The position numbers and the translations under genes are program-made. From Dehalococcoidia bacterium (GTDB lineage Bacteria; Chloroflexota; Dehalococcoidia; Lucifugimonadales; UBA3495), in the NCBI GenBank assembly GCA_965261795.1, contig OZ253476.1, positions 4,052,771 through 4,116,770 of the forward strand: DNA of 64,000 nucleotides. Reading direction: 5' to 3'. The notes below the pieces were generated by a model. It was not told where the DNA came from and ran no database searches. It saw only the letters and a program-made list of their open reading frames with translations. Shown here piece by piece: positions 1-10,030 of the stretch. Every line of letters begins with the position of its first letter. The stretch's first letter is position 1.

Positions 1-567
1 GGTAATGAAGAACTGGCTGCCGTTGGTATTCGGCCCGGCGTTGGCCATCGCCAGAATACCCGCCCGGTCGAAGACGAACGTCGGGTTAATCTCGTCCTCG
101 AACTTGTAGCCGGGCCCCGATGTACCCGTCCCCGTCGGATCTCCTCCTTGGATCATGAAGTCCGGAAGTACCCGGTGGAATATGGTGCCGTCGTAAAACC
201 CCTCATTGGCCAAGAACACAAAGTTGTTCACCGTCTTTGGAGCAGGGCCTGGCAACAACTCCACGACGATGTTGCCCTTGTTGGTCCTTATGGTGGCTGT
301 ATAGCTCCCCGCGGGGTCTATGGTCATAGGAGGCGGACTGGAATACTGTGTGCGCATCCCGCTTGCGGGCTTGTTGTCCATGGATGAGCCGCTGTCGCTG
401 CCCGACCGGCTTGCTTGGTCCGGCGCTTCAGTGGGTTGACTCATGGACTCGGACCCTATGGCCTTTGTCATCTCGGGTTCCGCCTCAGGCTCGGACAAGG
501 AAAACGGCAAGCAGGCCATCAGCATCAGTGCAATCGCCAGGACAGACAGGATAATCGCTGGTCTCAT
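1..567 (-). CDS. Cyclophilin-type peptidyl-prolyl cis-trans isomerase, secreted/lipoprotein form (3' end runs off the left window edge)
   Basis: Absent from the ORF track because it is open at the window edge. My translation of the minus strand from ATG at 567 gives [20 protein letters not shown] (signal peptide with Cys), then [45 protein letters not shown]...[18 protein letters not shown], the canonical cyclophilin core. Confidence 0.85.
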   Translation of the reverse strand, partial: MRPAIILSVLAIALMLMACLPFSLSEPEAEPEMTKAIGSESMSQPTEAPDQASRSGSDSGSSMDNKPASGMRTQYSSPPPMTIDPAGSYTATIRTNKGNIVVELLPGPAPKTVNNFVFLANEGFYDGTIFHRVLPDFMIQGGDPTGTGTSGPGYKFEDEINPTFVFDRAGILAMANAGPNTNGSQFFIT

Positions 568-785
568 GGGCATCGTCTTTACACCTTCCATGGGTTGTCA
601 TTCAGCCGGCTTGCCAGCGTCAGGGGCATTTCCGGTATAGAACGCTGTACTGAAGCCGGTCCGTTCAGTCGAGATAATAAACGTCCCGGAGCATTATCTC
701 AAGGCTTGTCTGTGACGACAGGGTTACATGGGTATCTCATTTTGCCGGATACCTGCCCCACTCGCTGCAATTGCGTGTACAGCGA

Positions 786-1277
786 TTAGACCCTTTGCCG
801 GATTAACCGGAGGGATTCCGCTATCTGTTCAGCATGGGTGCGGACATGGCCGGCGACGTACCGTATAACTCCGCCGGCGGTGATGGGATTTTCCTCCCGG
901 TGCCCGGGCCGGTCCAAGGTCGAAGGGTCGATTCCTCCCACCACTTGCACCACCCGATCGTTGGCGGCGATCACCTGCCGGACCAGGTCCGCCATATCGT
1001 CCGCCCCATGATCGGTAACCGCGGCGACCCGCAGGTCGCTCTCCACCGCGTTGCGGGCTATCTGCGGGTCGTCCTCCTTGGTGATAAGAACAGCCCTGTC
1101 AATCCAAAAAACCTGAAGCTCGGCAATGTGGGCCAGAAGCTGGCAAACCGTCCACTCGTTGGGCGCAGGCACCTCGTGGGCCTCGGCCTCGGAAACCCCT
1201 TCCAGTGTTGATAGAACGGCGTCCTTTGCCGCCCGCAAATCATCTTGCAGCTCCTTGATTTCGCTGTTGATCATCAA
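786..1277 (-). CDS. DinB-family (DinB_2-like) four-helix-bundle metal-binding protein
   Basis: 163 aa. WTVCQLLAHIAE...H...AGHVRTHAEQI pattern (His triad spacing) typical of DinB/YfiT-like proteins. Confidence 0.65.
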   Translation of the reverse strand: MMINSEIKELQDDLRAAKDAVLSTLEGVSEAEAHEVPAPNEWTVCQLLAHIAELQVFWIDRAVLITKEDDPQIARNAVESDLRVAAVTDHGADDMADLVRQVIAANDRVVQVVGGIDPSTLDRPGHREENPITAGGVIRYVAGHVRTHAEQIAESLRLIRQRV

Positions 1278-1488
1278 CCGGTCTCCTTATTAATTGGGCC
1301 TTTGAGCATAGCAGAATCTTTTCTCATGGTGAAGGCCGAGGCTTGGACGTCTCAGGACGATGGGCAAGTCAACGCAGTAGGGACAGAGTCAACACAGAGA
1401 ATGCGGAGTTTCCGAAGGTCGACAGGCTACCCAAAAGTTGTACGTCCTTTGCGTTGATGACACCCTTCATAGGAACAGTGCGCTAAGC

Positions 1489-2787
1489 TCAAGGCGGGTC
1501 CTCGTTGTCCCTGTTGTGTTCCCACAGGTCGGGGTCTTCCCAAGGCTGTAGACCTTCTTCAGGGTCATCTTTAGCGCGCAGCTTGTTAACGACGTAGCGA
1601 ACCATGACTGCGGCCATGACGACCAGCATCAACCCGCCCAGTATCCAAACGTCCAAGTAGATGAAAGGTGAGGGCCTGGATGGGGAATCCGGCGAGGGGA
1701 CGGGGCGGCCGCGCGTGTCCACGGCCCAGCGGGCTTCCAAGCCGGCGGCGTCGAAGCCGTAGGTGGAGATGAGGGCCTGATTCACCGTTCCTGTTTGCCT
1801 AAGCTGCTCCAGAAAGTGTTGGAAACGTTCAACCCCGTACTCCTGCATCAAGTAAGCTACCACGCTTTCCGACTTGGCGTAGAAGTAGAGGATGTCCTCG
1901 GGCGTTCCACGCGGCTTCGTCATGGTTTCCAGCGGCATTGGGAGTGCGGCCAAGCTTTCGCCGCTGTAAGGGGCGGCGTTCGGCTCCAAGTAGCTGGCAA
2001 GCCCTTCGTCCAGCCAGCCCGGCACACGGCCAGAGGCAGACCCCATAGCCCGGTGCAGCAGTACGTGGACCGACTCGTGCACGATGAGGCGGGGTGACAT
2101 CCCGATGCCCATAAACAAATCGAGTTCCGGGAACGCAAAGCCCTCGAAGACATGCCGGTCGGTGATGGTGCGGCTTTGGTGGGGAAAAGCGGCAACTGCG
2201 GAAGCACGGTCGTTATAGATAATGCCCTTAATGGGCTTGGTGGTGTCCGCCCGGAGCAACGTCGCCAAGTATCCAAGCTGCGTGTCCAACCCTTTAGTTG
2301 CTTGGGTTACCCTGGACTTGGGGATGTCGTGGTGCAACAAGACCAGATAGCCGATCCTGGTCTGCTCCCACTCGTAGCGGGTATCGGAGTACTCCAGGAC
2401 AGCCGGGGCCGTCTGATGCACCGCGCCCTCCGCGTCGCGGAGCACGTAATAGTACTCGACTTTGGCTCCGGGAGCTAGGTACCCGGCGCCGGCAACGTTC
2501 AGTTGAAAGCCGGCGGTTACCCGTTGCCCCGGTTCAAATCCGGGGTAGCCGTATGCCCAAACGCGGCCGCCCAACGGGCGGTAACGCAGTTCCACGTCGA
2601 CTATCTCCCGGTCGGACCGGACGGTCAAGTCGAATACCACTGAGCCGGGGAATTGGACCTCCCAGCGGTCGCTGATGACGAAGAAGTTCCCATCCGGGGC
2701 TTGGGCCGCCACGGAAGTCTCTCCCCAGAGGGCAATGGCTGCGGCCAGTAAGACCGCCCAAGCCAACAGGCGTCCGGTGATTGTCAT
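1489..2787 (-). CDS. Membrane-anchored zinc metallopeptidase, peptidase-MA-like (HExxH gluzincin)
   Basis: N-terminal signal peptide. HESVH (HExxH) followed by WLDEGLASYLE (third-ligand Glu). C-terminal TM helix (ILGGLMLVVMAAVMV). 4-bp overlap (ATGA) with the upstream gene. Confidence 0.6.
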   Translation of the reverse strand: MTITGRLLAWAVLLAAAIALWGETSVAAQAPDGNFFVISDRWEVQFPGSVVFDLTVRSDREIVDVELRYRPLGGRVWAYGYPGFEPGQRVTAGFQLNVAGAGYLAPGAKVEYYYVLRDAEGAVHQTAPAVLEYSDTRYEWEQTRIGYLVLLHHDIPKSRVTQATKGLDTQLGYLATLLRADTTKPIKGIIYNDRASAVAAFPHQSRTITDRHVFEGFAFPELDLFMGIGMSPRLIVHESVHVLLHRAMGSASGRVPGWLDEGLASYLEPNAAPYSGESLAALPMPLETMTKPRGTPEDILYFYAKSESVVAYLMQEYGVERFQHFLEQLRQTGTVNQALISTYGFDAAGLEARWAVDTRGRPVPSPDSPSRPSPFIYLDVWILGGLMLVVMAAVMVRYVVNKLRAKDDPEEGLQPWEDPDLWEHNRDNEDPP

Positions 2788-4610
2788 TGCCGCTCAATCT
2801 CCAATGAAGTCGGCAACAGGTAAGGGGTTATATACTGCCGCCGCCACCAAGTCCCGTCGTCATTTCTGGCATCGAAATCAGTGAAATTGTACCGGTATAA
2901 ATCGGCCCGAATGTAACGGGGCGGCTTGTCTGGAAAAGGGTTTTCCGCTAACAGACCCAGCACCGGCGGAGACCCCCTCAGCAATTGCTCAACAAGCCTT
3001 CTCAGCCAGGGGATCTGGTCATAGCGACCCAACGCCGCAAACCACATCTGCCAGTCCAGCCGGGGTTGGTGAGGCGCAACCCAACGCGGGTGCTGCCGCA
3101 GGTCGTCCGGCTTGTACTTGAACCGGTAGTCTTGCCAGTTTTGCCCATCGTCAGAGCCTTGGATGGCTATCTCGTACCGCGACGTCGTCATGTTGGCGAA
3201 GAGGCCATAGGGATTTACCAAATAGAAAGGCGCAGCCCACGCCATGACCTCCGCCGCCACCTTGGGAACGCCGCCGGAAAAGGTCCTTACCATTTGAAAC
3301 ACTCCAAGGAACAGGACCAACGCGGCCAGCAAAGCCAGAACGCCGTTTCGGAGCGGCAGCCATCCTTGGAGCCCGGGACGGGGTACGAGGTAGCGGGCTA
3401 TGCGTTTCGGCATCCAGGGACCGATCACAGTGTCATCCAGCAGGAAGAGACAAAGGGCAATTGCCAAAAGGTTGAAAAAGGTGAAGTTGCCGGTGAGGAA
3501 AATCAGCAGGTTCAACCCCGCCAAACACGCCGCGCCTACGAAGCGCAGCCGCCGGGGGGCGAAAATCAAGAATGGGACGGCCAGTTCAATGTACAGAGTC
3601 GCGGCTACGGAGGCTTTTTGGAACCAGTCCGGCAACTGGTGCATATACCAGGAAGTCCACGTCGGCAAGGGCTGGGTCTCGTAGTGAAAGTTCAACGCGG
3701 TCAGGCCGCGCCAAACCGGGTCGCCGCTCAGCAGCTTTACCGCGCCGGACAGGAACATGAGCCTGAACAGCAATGCCCTGAAAAGGAAAACCATTGCCGG
3801 GCCGGGGAGGTTGAGGAATATGGACAGGAAGCCTGCTTCCACCAAGAGAATGTCCCACTGGAATCCCATGAAGACCTGCCCCCCGGCTACGAGAGAAAGG
3901 TACAGCACGAACAGCAGCACCAGGACGATACGCTGCAACAGCCCGAGGACCAGCAGCACGGAACACACAATCCCCACCGCAACAACAGCGGTAAGGGCAT
4001 GGTCGCTGGAGTTTATCCAGAAAACCGTGGGCGCCCTGCGGTAGCCGTCGCTGCCCAGTACATCATGGACCCGGGCCAAGAAATCACTGACTGGAAGGAC
4101 TCCTTCGGAACCAATCAAACCGTGGACCTGGCTGCCAAAGGAAAGGAAGGCGATGAGGTAAATGACCCCCAGCAGCCTGAGGAACAGCGAGCACACCAAC
4201 CCGTATTCGGGCGGACTGGGATTGCGCCCGTAGAGGGCGACGGTGGGGTAGTAGAAGAGCGACCTGTTGGCGACGACGAACCGGTATATCCACTGGCATA
4301 GAAGCGGAAGCCCTCGGAAGCCAAGATAGACCTGGAGCAGCCAGCTATGGCGGGGAGTTACGGCCAGAACGCGCACTACGGCATCCGCACCACTGAACAC
4401 CCGGCCATCCGGGAGCGCCAATTGGACCGCCCGTTCAAATTCCTGCAATGGGATTTGAGGGAATAGGTCAGCAACTTGCTGGTAAGGAGCGTACGACACC
4501 AAGTCGCCGGTCAACTGCCGCCAGTAATCCACCCATATCCGGCAGAACCGGCAATCGCCATCGTAAATCAGCAGGGGAATGCCTGAATCGTGCCCTGTCA
4601 TAGCCACCAA
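2784..4610 (-). CDS. DCC1-like thiol-disulfide oxidoreductase (DUF393) fused to a lipase-maturation-factor (LMF) polytopic membrane domain
   Basis: N-terminus LLIYDGDCRFCRIWVDYW (DGxCxxC motif). Many TM helices. C-terminal HQPRLDWQMWFAAL motif characteristic of the LMF family. Confidence 0.7.
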   Translation of the reverse strand: MVAMTGHDSGIPLLIYDGDCRFCRIWVDYWRQLTGDLVSYAPYQQVADLFPQIPLQEFERAVQLALPDGRVFSGADAVVRVLAVTPRHSWLLQVYLGFRGLPLLCQWIYRFVVANRSLFYYPTVALYGRNPSPPEYGLVCSLFLRLLGVIYLIAFLSFGSQVHGLIGSEGVLPVSDFLARVHDVLGSDGYRRAPTVFWINSSDHALTAVVAVGIVCSVLLVLGLLQRIVLVLLFVLYLSLVAGGQVFMGFQWDILLVEAGFLSIFLNLPGPAMVFLFRALLFRLMFLSGAVKLLSGDPVWRGLTALNFHYETQPLPTWTSWYMHQLPDWFQKASVAATLYIELAVPFLIFAPRRLRFVGAACLAGLNLLIFLTGNFTFFNLLAIALCLFLLDDTVIGPWMPKRIARYLVPRPGLQGWLPLRNGVLALLAALVLFLGVFQMVRTFSGGVPKVAAEVMAWAAPFYLVNPYGLFANMTTSRYEIAIQGSDDGQNWQDYRFKYKPDDLRQHPRWVAPHQPRLDWQMWFAALGRYDQIPWLRRLVEQLLRGSPPVLGLLAENPFPDKPPRYIRADLYRYNFTDFDARNDDGTWWRRQYITPYLLPTSLEIERQ

Positions 4611-4832
4611 GCCAACTGATAAGAAAGTCTGCTGAACATAAGAATTTTGCTCGTTTCTCGTATCTTAATCAATTGATTCAGCGTTGGGCCGCCCGCTACA
4701 CTACTTTAACAAGAGGTCTGATGGACTGCCGCCCGGCGGTCCTTGGCAAACATTAACAATCGCAGCGACCGGCCGGCAGTCCAGTCTGGCGACAAGGCCG
4801 CTCAACTGTGGGATTAGGGAGGGGGTGTGGAC

Positions 4833-7800
4833 ATGCGCATCTTGGCGATTCCACTGGCGCTTATTTTATCCGTATTCTTGTTGGCCATTGTCCTATTTCC
4901 GCAGACGCCTGTGGTCCATGCCGCAGACGATCACGGCGACGACCGCGACCACGCTACGACTATAAACACCACGGGCGCCAAGGTGCAGGGCAACATATCC
5001 TACACTGCCCTCAATAATGGATTCGACCAGGACTACTTCTCCTTTCTGGCCTTGCGGGGAGTGCGCTACACGATTACCGCGCGCCTTGACACCGTCGAAA
5101 GGGTGGGCCTATCCATCATAAACGCCAAACGCTTGGGGACGGCGCGAGTCGATGACCAGTCTGAGCAGGTATTTACCAAGGGCGAGAAGGTCGAGATGGA
5201 GTGGACCTCCCGGACACAGGACACCTACTTCGTCGAGGTAAAGGCTCATTACGACGCAAACGCTCAGCCGCTCCATGGCGCCTACAGCCTCTCCATCACC
5301 GCCGACAACTCTCTTGCCGACAACAACCACGGCGACATCATCAACTATGCTTACCGCGTCGAGACAGGGAAACCGTACCAAGCTGCCATCAGCCCCTGGA
5401 ATAACCGTCATCTCGTGACGGGAGCAGTCTATGGCGGAAACGACCAGGACTTCTTTGCTTTTGATGCAAAGCGAGGTGGGAAATATACCGTTGACGTCCA
5501 GTTGGGCACCAGTGGGGGAGTGGCGATCTCGGTGGTCGACAATTCCGGACAAAACGTGCTCTCCACGCGCACAGGCGAGACCACGCTTGAATGGGTCTCA
5601 CCGGACAACGGCATCTACTACGCGCGGATAACCGGTACCGGCAGAGTGCAGAATACGGTCGGCACCTACACCATCACCATCAACTCAGACGATTCCCTGA
5701 TCGACCGCTATCCTGACAAGAGGGCCAAAGCTGAACCCATAATCATTGGCAAGACCCATCAGGGTGCGGTCAGCCCCTCCGATGACTTGGACTACTTTTC
5801 GTTCCAAGCAAACCGAGGGGTCAAATACACTATAGACCTCATGCCGGGATCCACTGAGGCTGTAGACGTTGCAATAGAAAAGCCGTCACAAGGGATCGAA
5901 GCATCCCACGTCGGCGACGGGGCCAGCTTCGATTGGGTCGCACCCAGCAACAGCACCTACTACTTGGTCATCTCCAGGTCGTCGCAGGTCAGAGAGGCAG
6001 TAGGCTCCTACACTCTGCGCGTAATCGCCGACAATTCCCTCAGCGACCAGGACGACGACACCACCGAAACGGCCACTCCCTTGCTCCTCGGCGCCGCGAT
6101 GGCCGGGGCCATCAGCCCGGCAGATGACCGGGACTACTTCTCGTTTACGGCCATCAAGGGGGTGAAGTACACCGCCGAAGTACAGTTGGGTGACGACCAG
6201 ACCATGGAGATTACCGTAACGGACTCTCAGGGTAGCGTCGTGGACTCCAACGGTGGGCGCGACTCCACTCTTGAGTGGGTTTCTCCGGAAGACGGCGACT
6301 ACTTCATCGTCTTATCAGGCTCCAATCGGGCATCTGATGCCGCCGGTTTATATACCGTCAGGCTGCTATCGGACCCGTCCTTACGAGACCAGCACAGCGA
6401 CACCCGCGAAGACGCGACCCCGGTAATCTTCGGCAATACGATGCTGGCCGCCATAAGCCCCGGCGGGGACCAGGACTTCTACTCCTTTTCGGCCAAGAAG
6501 GGGGTCAAATACGACATCCTGGCCACGGCGGGCACCATTGACGGCGTTTACATCAAGATCGTGGGAGCGTCGCAGGGTACAGAAGCCATCACCGACGGCG
6601 AATCCGAGAGCCTGTCATGGACCTCTCCGGACAACGGCTCCTATCACGTCGTCATCTCGTCCGCGGCGCTGTCGCGGGACGCCGTGGGCACTTACAGCCT
6701 GAGAATGGACGCCGACCTCGCCAGGGAGGACCGTCACGGGGATACTTGGCGCAAAGCCACCTCCATAGGGTTCGCCAGAGCCGTTTCCGGGGCGGTAAGC
6801 CCGGCGACCGACCGGGACTATTTTTCCTTAACCGCGAAGAAAGGCGCTAAGTACACCTTCACCCCCCTGGATGACTCCGCGGAGGCCCTTTCACTGGCGG
6901 TGGAAGAAACCGACAACAACAGGTCTCGCGTTCTGGCCAGCAACTACGGTGAAGGAACGGAGGTCAGTTGGATAGCCCCAGACCAAGGCACCTACTACTT
7001 CGTCGTGTCGATGTCTTCACGCGCGGCGGACGCCGGAGGGACTTACTCCATCAGTATAGATTCCGACCTGTCCTTGGAAGACAAGCATAGCGACGCATAC
7101 TATTCCGCTACAAACATTGGGTTCTACAACCCCCTCTCCGGCGCCATCAGTCCCGCCGAAGACTCCGACTACTTTACCTTCCCTGCCATGCTCAACCAGG
7201 ACTATACCATCCAGGCAACCCCGGGCACGGCGTCCGCAGTGAAGTTTTCCGTCCTCAACCGGAACAGGAACTTTGGCGAGTCGAATTACGGCGAAGGCAC
7301 AACCCTGCACTGGACCGCGCCGGCCACGGGCAACTACCTGATTGTGGTTACGGCCGCTGACCAAGCGGAAGACCCTATGGGCACCTATCAACTTACCCTG
7401 ATGCGCGGTACGGTAACGTCGTCAGAGACCACGGAAACCACGGTGGAGACCAAGGAAACATCGACACCGGAGACCGATGGCGATTCCGGCACAGGCGGGA
7501 ATGCACCGACGGGCGCCAAGTTGATGGTGGCATCCCGAGTGGCGTTGCCCGGGGGCCGTGTGCTAACGCCCATCCGGTTGGAAAACCCGGACGAGGTCTA
7601 CACTCTGGAATTCAACCTCAACTACGACCCATCCGTGCTGGAAGTGGTCGAGGTACAACCGGGCTTAAGACTGTCAGTCCCGGCGTCCAGCTACGATACG
7701 AACACCCCGGGAGTGGTCCGCATCGATGTGACAGTGTCGGACCAACTCGAGGGAGACGGGTCGGCTGCCGTGGTGGACTTTAAAGTCGTGGGCGCGGCGG

Positions 7801-8075
7801 GGGCTTCCAGTCCTCTTACGGTCACAGAGACGGTGGTTATGGACAATTTGGGCAACGCCCGGTCCATAGAGGTCACCGAAGGCACGTTCACGGTTGAGAC
7901 GCCGGCGGCGGGCGACGGCAACGGGGACGGGAAAATCACAGCGTTGGATGCGCTGATCGCGTTAAGAATGTCCGCGGGGATAGCGGGAGTAGACCTGCTG
8001 ATGGACGTGACCGGAGACGGACGAGTGACACCAAAGGACGCTCGCCAGCTTCTATCAATGGCCAAGCGGGGATAG
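4833..8075 (+). CDS. Secreted protein: signal peptide, 7 PPC (pre-peptidase C-terminal)-like repeats, Thr/Glu linker, cohesin-like module, dockerin
   Basis: AGGGAGG 10 nt upstream of ATG 4833 (the track starts at GTG 4827). Seven ~115-aa repeats each carry D.DYFSF...G(V/A)KYT and GTY(S/T)L. Cohesin-like region at nt ~7512-7904. Dockerin at nt ~7905-8072 has two Ca-loop segments, GDGNGDGKITALDAL and DVTGDGRVTPKDARQLL. Confidence 0.75.
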   Translation: MRILAIPLALILSVFLLAIVLFPQTPVVHAADDHGDDRDHATTINTTGAKVQGNISYTALNNGFDQDYFSFLALRGVRYTITARLDTVERVGLSIINAKRLGTARVDDQSEQVFTKGEKVEMEWTSRTQDTYFVEVKAHYDANAQPLHGAYSLSITADNSLADNNHGDIINYAYRVETGKPYQAAISPWNNRHLVTGAVYGGNDQDFFAFDAKRGGKYTVDVQLGTSGGVAISVVDNSGQNVLSTRTGETTLEWVSPDNGIYYARITGTGRVQNTVGTYTITINSDDSLIDRYPDKRAKAEPIIIGKTHQGAVSPSDDLDYFSFQANRGVKYTIDLMPGSTEAVDVAIEKPSQGIEASHVGDGASFDWVAPSNSTYYLVISRSSQVREAVGSYTLRVIADNSLSDQDDDTTETATPLLLGAAMAGAISPADDRDYFSFTAIKGVKYTAEVQLGDDQTMEITVTDSQGSVVDSNGGRDSTLEWVSPEDGDYFIVLSGSNRASDAAGLYTVRLLSDPSLRDQHSDTREDATPVIFGNTMLAAISPGGDQDFYSFSAKKGVKYDILATAGTIDGVYIKIVGASQGTEAITDGESESLSWTSPDNGSYHVVISSAALSRDAVGTYSLRMDADLAREDRHGDTWRKATSIGFARAVSGAVSPATDRDYFSLTAKKGAKYTFTPLDDSAEALSLAVEETDNNRSRVLASNYGEGTEVSWIAPDQGTYYFVVSMSSRAADAGGTYSISIDSDLSLEDKHSDAYYSATNIGFYNPLSGAISPAEDSDYFTFPAMLNQDYTIQATPGTASAVKFSVLNRNRNFGESNYGEGTTLHWTAPATGNYLIVVTAADQAEDPMGTYQLTLMRGTVTSSETTETTVETKETSTPETDGDSGTGGNAPTGAKLMVASRVALPGGRVLTPIRLENPDEVYTLEFNLNYDPSVLEVVEVQPGLRLSVPASSYDTNTPGVVRIDVTVSDQLEGDGSAAVVDFKVVGAAGASSPLTVTETVVMDNLGNARSIEVTEGTFTVETPAAGDGNGDGKITALDALIALRMSAGIAGVDLLMDVTGDGRVTPKDARQLLSMAKRG

Positions 8076-8084
8076 GCGGTAGTG

Positions 8085-8801
8085 ATGAAAACGTGGATAG
8101 GTATGGCCCTTCTTGGGATCCAATCGAGTTGGAAATGGCTGTTAGCCCTGCTGTTGGTGGTTGTATTGGTGGGCGCGGGCTTCATTGTCCAAGGAATGCT
8201 AAGGGAAGATTCGGAAGCCAAGGCAGCGATTAACGTGGCGGCCCAGGAGACTACCAAGGCGCCGCAGGCTACTTCCATACCGAAAGCAGTACCGACCCAA
8301 GCGCCCAAGGCCACCGCCGTTTCCCGCCCGCGTAAGAATGACAGGGCAGCGCCGACAAGAGCGCCATCCACTCCAACCGTTGCGCCCCCCTCTCCCACCC
8401 CAGCGGCGCCCGCTTCCGTGGACGTGCCGGTACATTTGACAGGGGCCGCCAATGTCGGCAGCCTGGAGTTTGTGCTGGTCTATGACCCAGAGGTCTTGCA
8501 GGTGACCAGTGTTGCGCCAGACGTTTTGGCGAAAGCCGCCGTCATCGGGTCCAACACCCCCACATCGGGCAGGGTATGGGTAGGCATAGCCGACGCTAGA
8601 GGAATCGACGGCAGCGGGGCAGTGGCGACAGTGACTTTCGACATTGTTGGACAGCAACAGGGCCGCAGCGCCTTGACGCTGGAAGAGGTTGTCGCCCACG
8701 ACGCAACATCCCTGCTGGACATCCTGTCCGATGCGACGGCAGGCGAATATACCATAGAGGGGCATAACGTGACCGGGCCAACGCTCGTGTTCACACGCTG
8801 A
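8085..8801 (+). CDS. Membrane-anchored cohesin-domain protein (N-terminal TM, Pro/Ala/Thr linker, cohesin-like module)
   Basis: TM helix WKWLLALLLVVVLVGAGFIV. Low-complexity PTRAPSTPTVAPPSPTPAAP linker. C-terminal GSLEFVLVYDPEVLQVTSV...ATVTFDIVG resembles the cohesin-like module of the upstream gene (TLEFNLNYDPSVLEVVEV...AVVDFKVVG). Confidence 0.7.
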   Translation: MKTWIGMALLGIQSSWKWLLALLLVVVLVGAGFIVQGMLREDSEAKAAINVAAQETTKAPQATSIPKAVPTQAPKATAVSRPRKNDRAAPTRAPSTPTVAPPSPTPAAPASVDVPVHLTGAANVGSLEFVLVYDPEVLQVTSVAPDVLAKAAVIGSNTPTSGRVWVGIADARGIDGSGAVATVTFDIVGQQQGRSALTLEEVVAHDATSLLDILSDATAGEYTIEGHNVTGPTLVFTR

Positions 8802-8830
8802 TGCCGGCAGGGAGCGAGTGTACCTGCTCA

Positions 8831-8859
8831 CGGGCGGGGCAACTACGTTGCCCCGCCCG
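8831..8859 (+). terminator. Stem-loop downstream of the cohesin gene (candidate intrinsic terminator)
   Basis: cgggcggggcaac-tac-gttgccccgcccg gives a 13-bp perfect stem 30 nt after the stop codon. The tail is only weakly T-rich. Confidence 0.45.
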
Positions 8860-8944
8860 TTGACTTTGGGATCGAACCGCTGCTATACCTTGGGGCCCGT
8901 CTGCCCATAGCTTCCCGTGAATGTTAAGATATGATTAACAAGAG

Positions 8945-8967
8945 ATTTCCGCCTGCGCGGGAATGAC
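8945..8967 (-). repeat. REP-like hairpin element, GTCATTCC family (single copy, inverted orientation)
   Basis: atttccgcctgcgcgggaatgac is the reverse complement of gtcattcccgcgcaggcggaaat, with 8-bp stems around a 4-nt loop. It overlaps the first ATG (8963) of the PAC2 ORF. Confidence 0.6.
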
Positions 8968-8998
8968 GATTGAAGTTCTTTATGGTGAGGATTGTCAG

Positions 8999-9892
8999 AT
9001 GACCAGCGAGCTACTGGTCCTCCGAGAGAAACCGGATGCCCGTCATCTCATCGCCGGTTGGCGGAGACAATGGTCGGACGGCGGCGAAATCTCCAGCGGC
9101 CTGCCGCGGTACCTTATCGACAAGTTCAACGCCCGGCATATAGGCGAATTTACCCCCGCGGTGTCAAAGGACTGCTACCCGTTTCAAGTGCCGGGCACCC
9201 ACGACACCTACCGGCCAAGGGTGGAGTTCAAAGACGGTCTGCCGGTGAGGGAGATGCACCGGAGAAACCACTTTTACGATGCGGGCGACGGGTTGATTAT
9301 ATTTCTGGGAGAGGAGCCGTGGATGAGGATCGACGTCTACGGCGAGGCCTTTTTGCGCGCCGTCAAGGAGTTGGGAGTAAGCCGGACCGTATTAGTGGAG
9401 GGTTACAACGGGGCTGCACCGCCGGACCAGGAACGGAACGTCAGTTGCACTTACAGTCAGCCGGAGATGCGGGAAGAGCTGGAAAAATACGGTCTAAGGT
9501 TCTCTAACTATGGCAACCGGGGCCGGAACGGGCCAACCATCGGCATGGCCATGATCACCATGGCCCACGAGCTTCACCCGGACATGAAGATGGTCCGGCT
9601 GGGGGCCATGGCCCCAATGTACCCGTTCCTGAACTCCAGCAATGAGCCGGTGGGCATAACCAAGGACCACCAAGCCTATTACGACATTATGCGCCGGGTC
9701 AAAGCAATGCTGGGCCTTGACCTTGACTTGGGCGACCTGGTTACCCTAGCCAAGTCCGAGTGCCAGGAATTACAGCGAACTCTGGACAGGATCGGGTCTT
9801 CTAACCCCCGGGCAAAGGAGCTAATCGACCAAGCCAAGGCAGACTATACGGTGAATCCTTTCATCGACCCTCTGGAACCGGACTCCCCCTAG
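8999..9892 (+). CDS. PAC2 (proteasome assembly chaperone 2-like) family protein
   Basis: N-terminal pattern LLVLREKPDARHLIAGWRRQWSDGGEISSGLPRYL and ~300-aa size fit bacterial PAC2-family proteins. Start moved to ATG 8999 (GGTGAGGA upstream) because ATG 8963 lies inside the REP hairpin. Confidence 0.5.
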   Translation: MTSELLVLREKPDARHLIAGWRRQWSDGGEISSGLPRYLIDKFNARHIGEFTPAVSKDCYPFQVPGTHDTYRPRVEFKDGLPVREMHRRNHFYDAGDGLIIFLGEEPWMRIDVYGEAFLRAVKELGVSRTVLVEGYNGAAPPDQERNVSCTYSQPEMREELEKYGLRFSNYGNRGRNGPTIGMAMITMAHELHPDMKMVRLGAMAPMYPFLNSSNEPVGITKDHQAYYDIMRRVKAMLGLDLDLGDLVTLAKSECQELQRTLDRIGSSNPRAKELIDQAKADYTVNPFIDPLEPDSP

Positions 9893-9950
9893 AAGAGCTG
9901 ACAAGGGTATGTAAAATTGAGATTATAGCTACGAACCGGCCCCACCGCCC

Positions 9951-10030
9951 CTGGATTCCGGCCTACGCCGGAATGACGGAATGGGCCCGCCTGGATTCCG
10001 GCCTACGCCGGAATGACGGAATGGGCCCGA
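9951..10030 (-). repeat. Tandem 40-bp duplication of a REP-like hairpin unit (GTCATTCCGGCG variant), plus a partial third unit
   Basis: ctggattccggcctacgccggaatgacggaatgggcccgc occurs at 9951-9990 and again at 9991-10030. Each unit holds the hairpin attccggc-ctac-gccggaat. Confidence 0.85.

Noticed and set aside
2985-4301. 438-aa plus-strand ORF
   Set aside because: It is antisense to the DCC/LMF gene, which has clear family motifs. Its Arg/Gly/Pro/Gln-rich composition is typical of the reverse frame of high-G+C genes.
7691-8452. 253-aa minus-strand ORF spanning the junction of the two cohesin genes
   Set aside because: It crosses an intergenic region, is antisense to two genes with recognisable modules, and has low-complexity Ala/Thr/Ser content.
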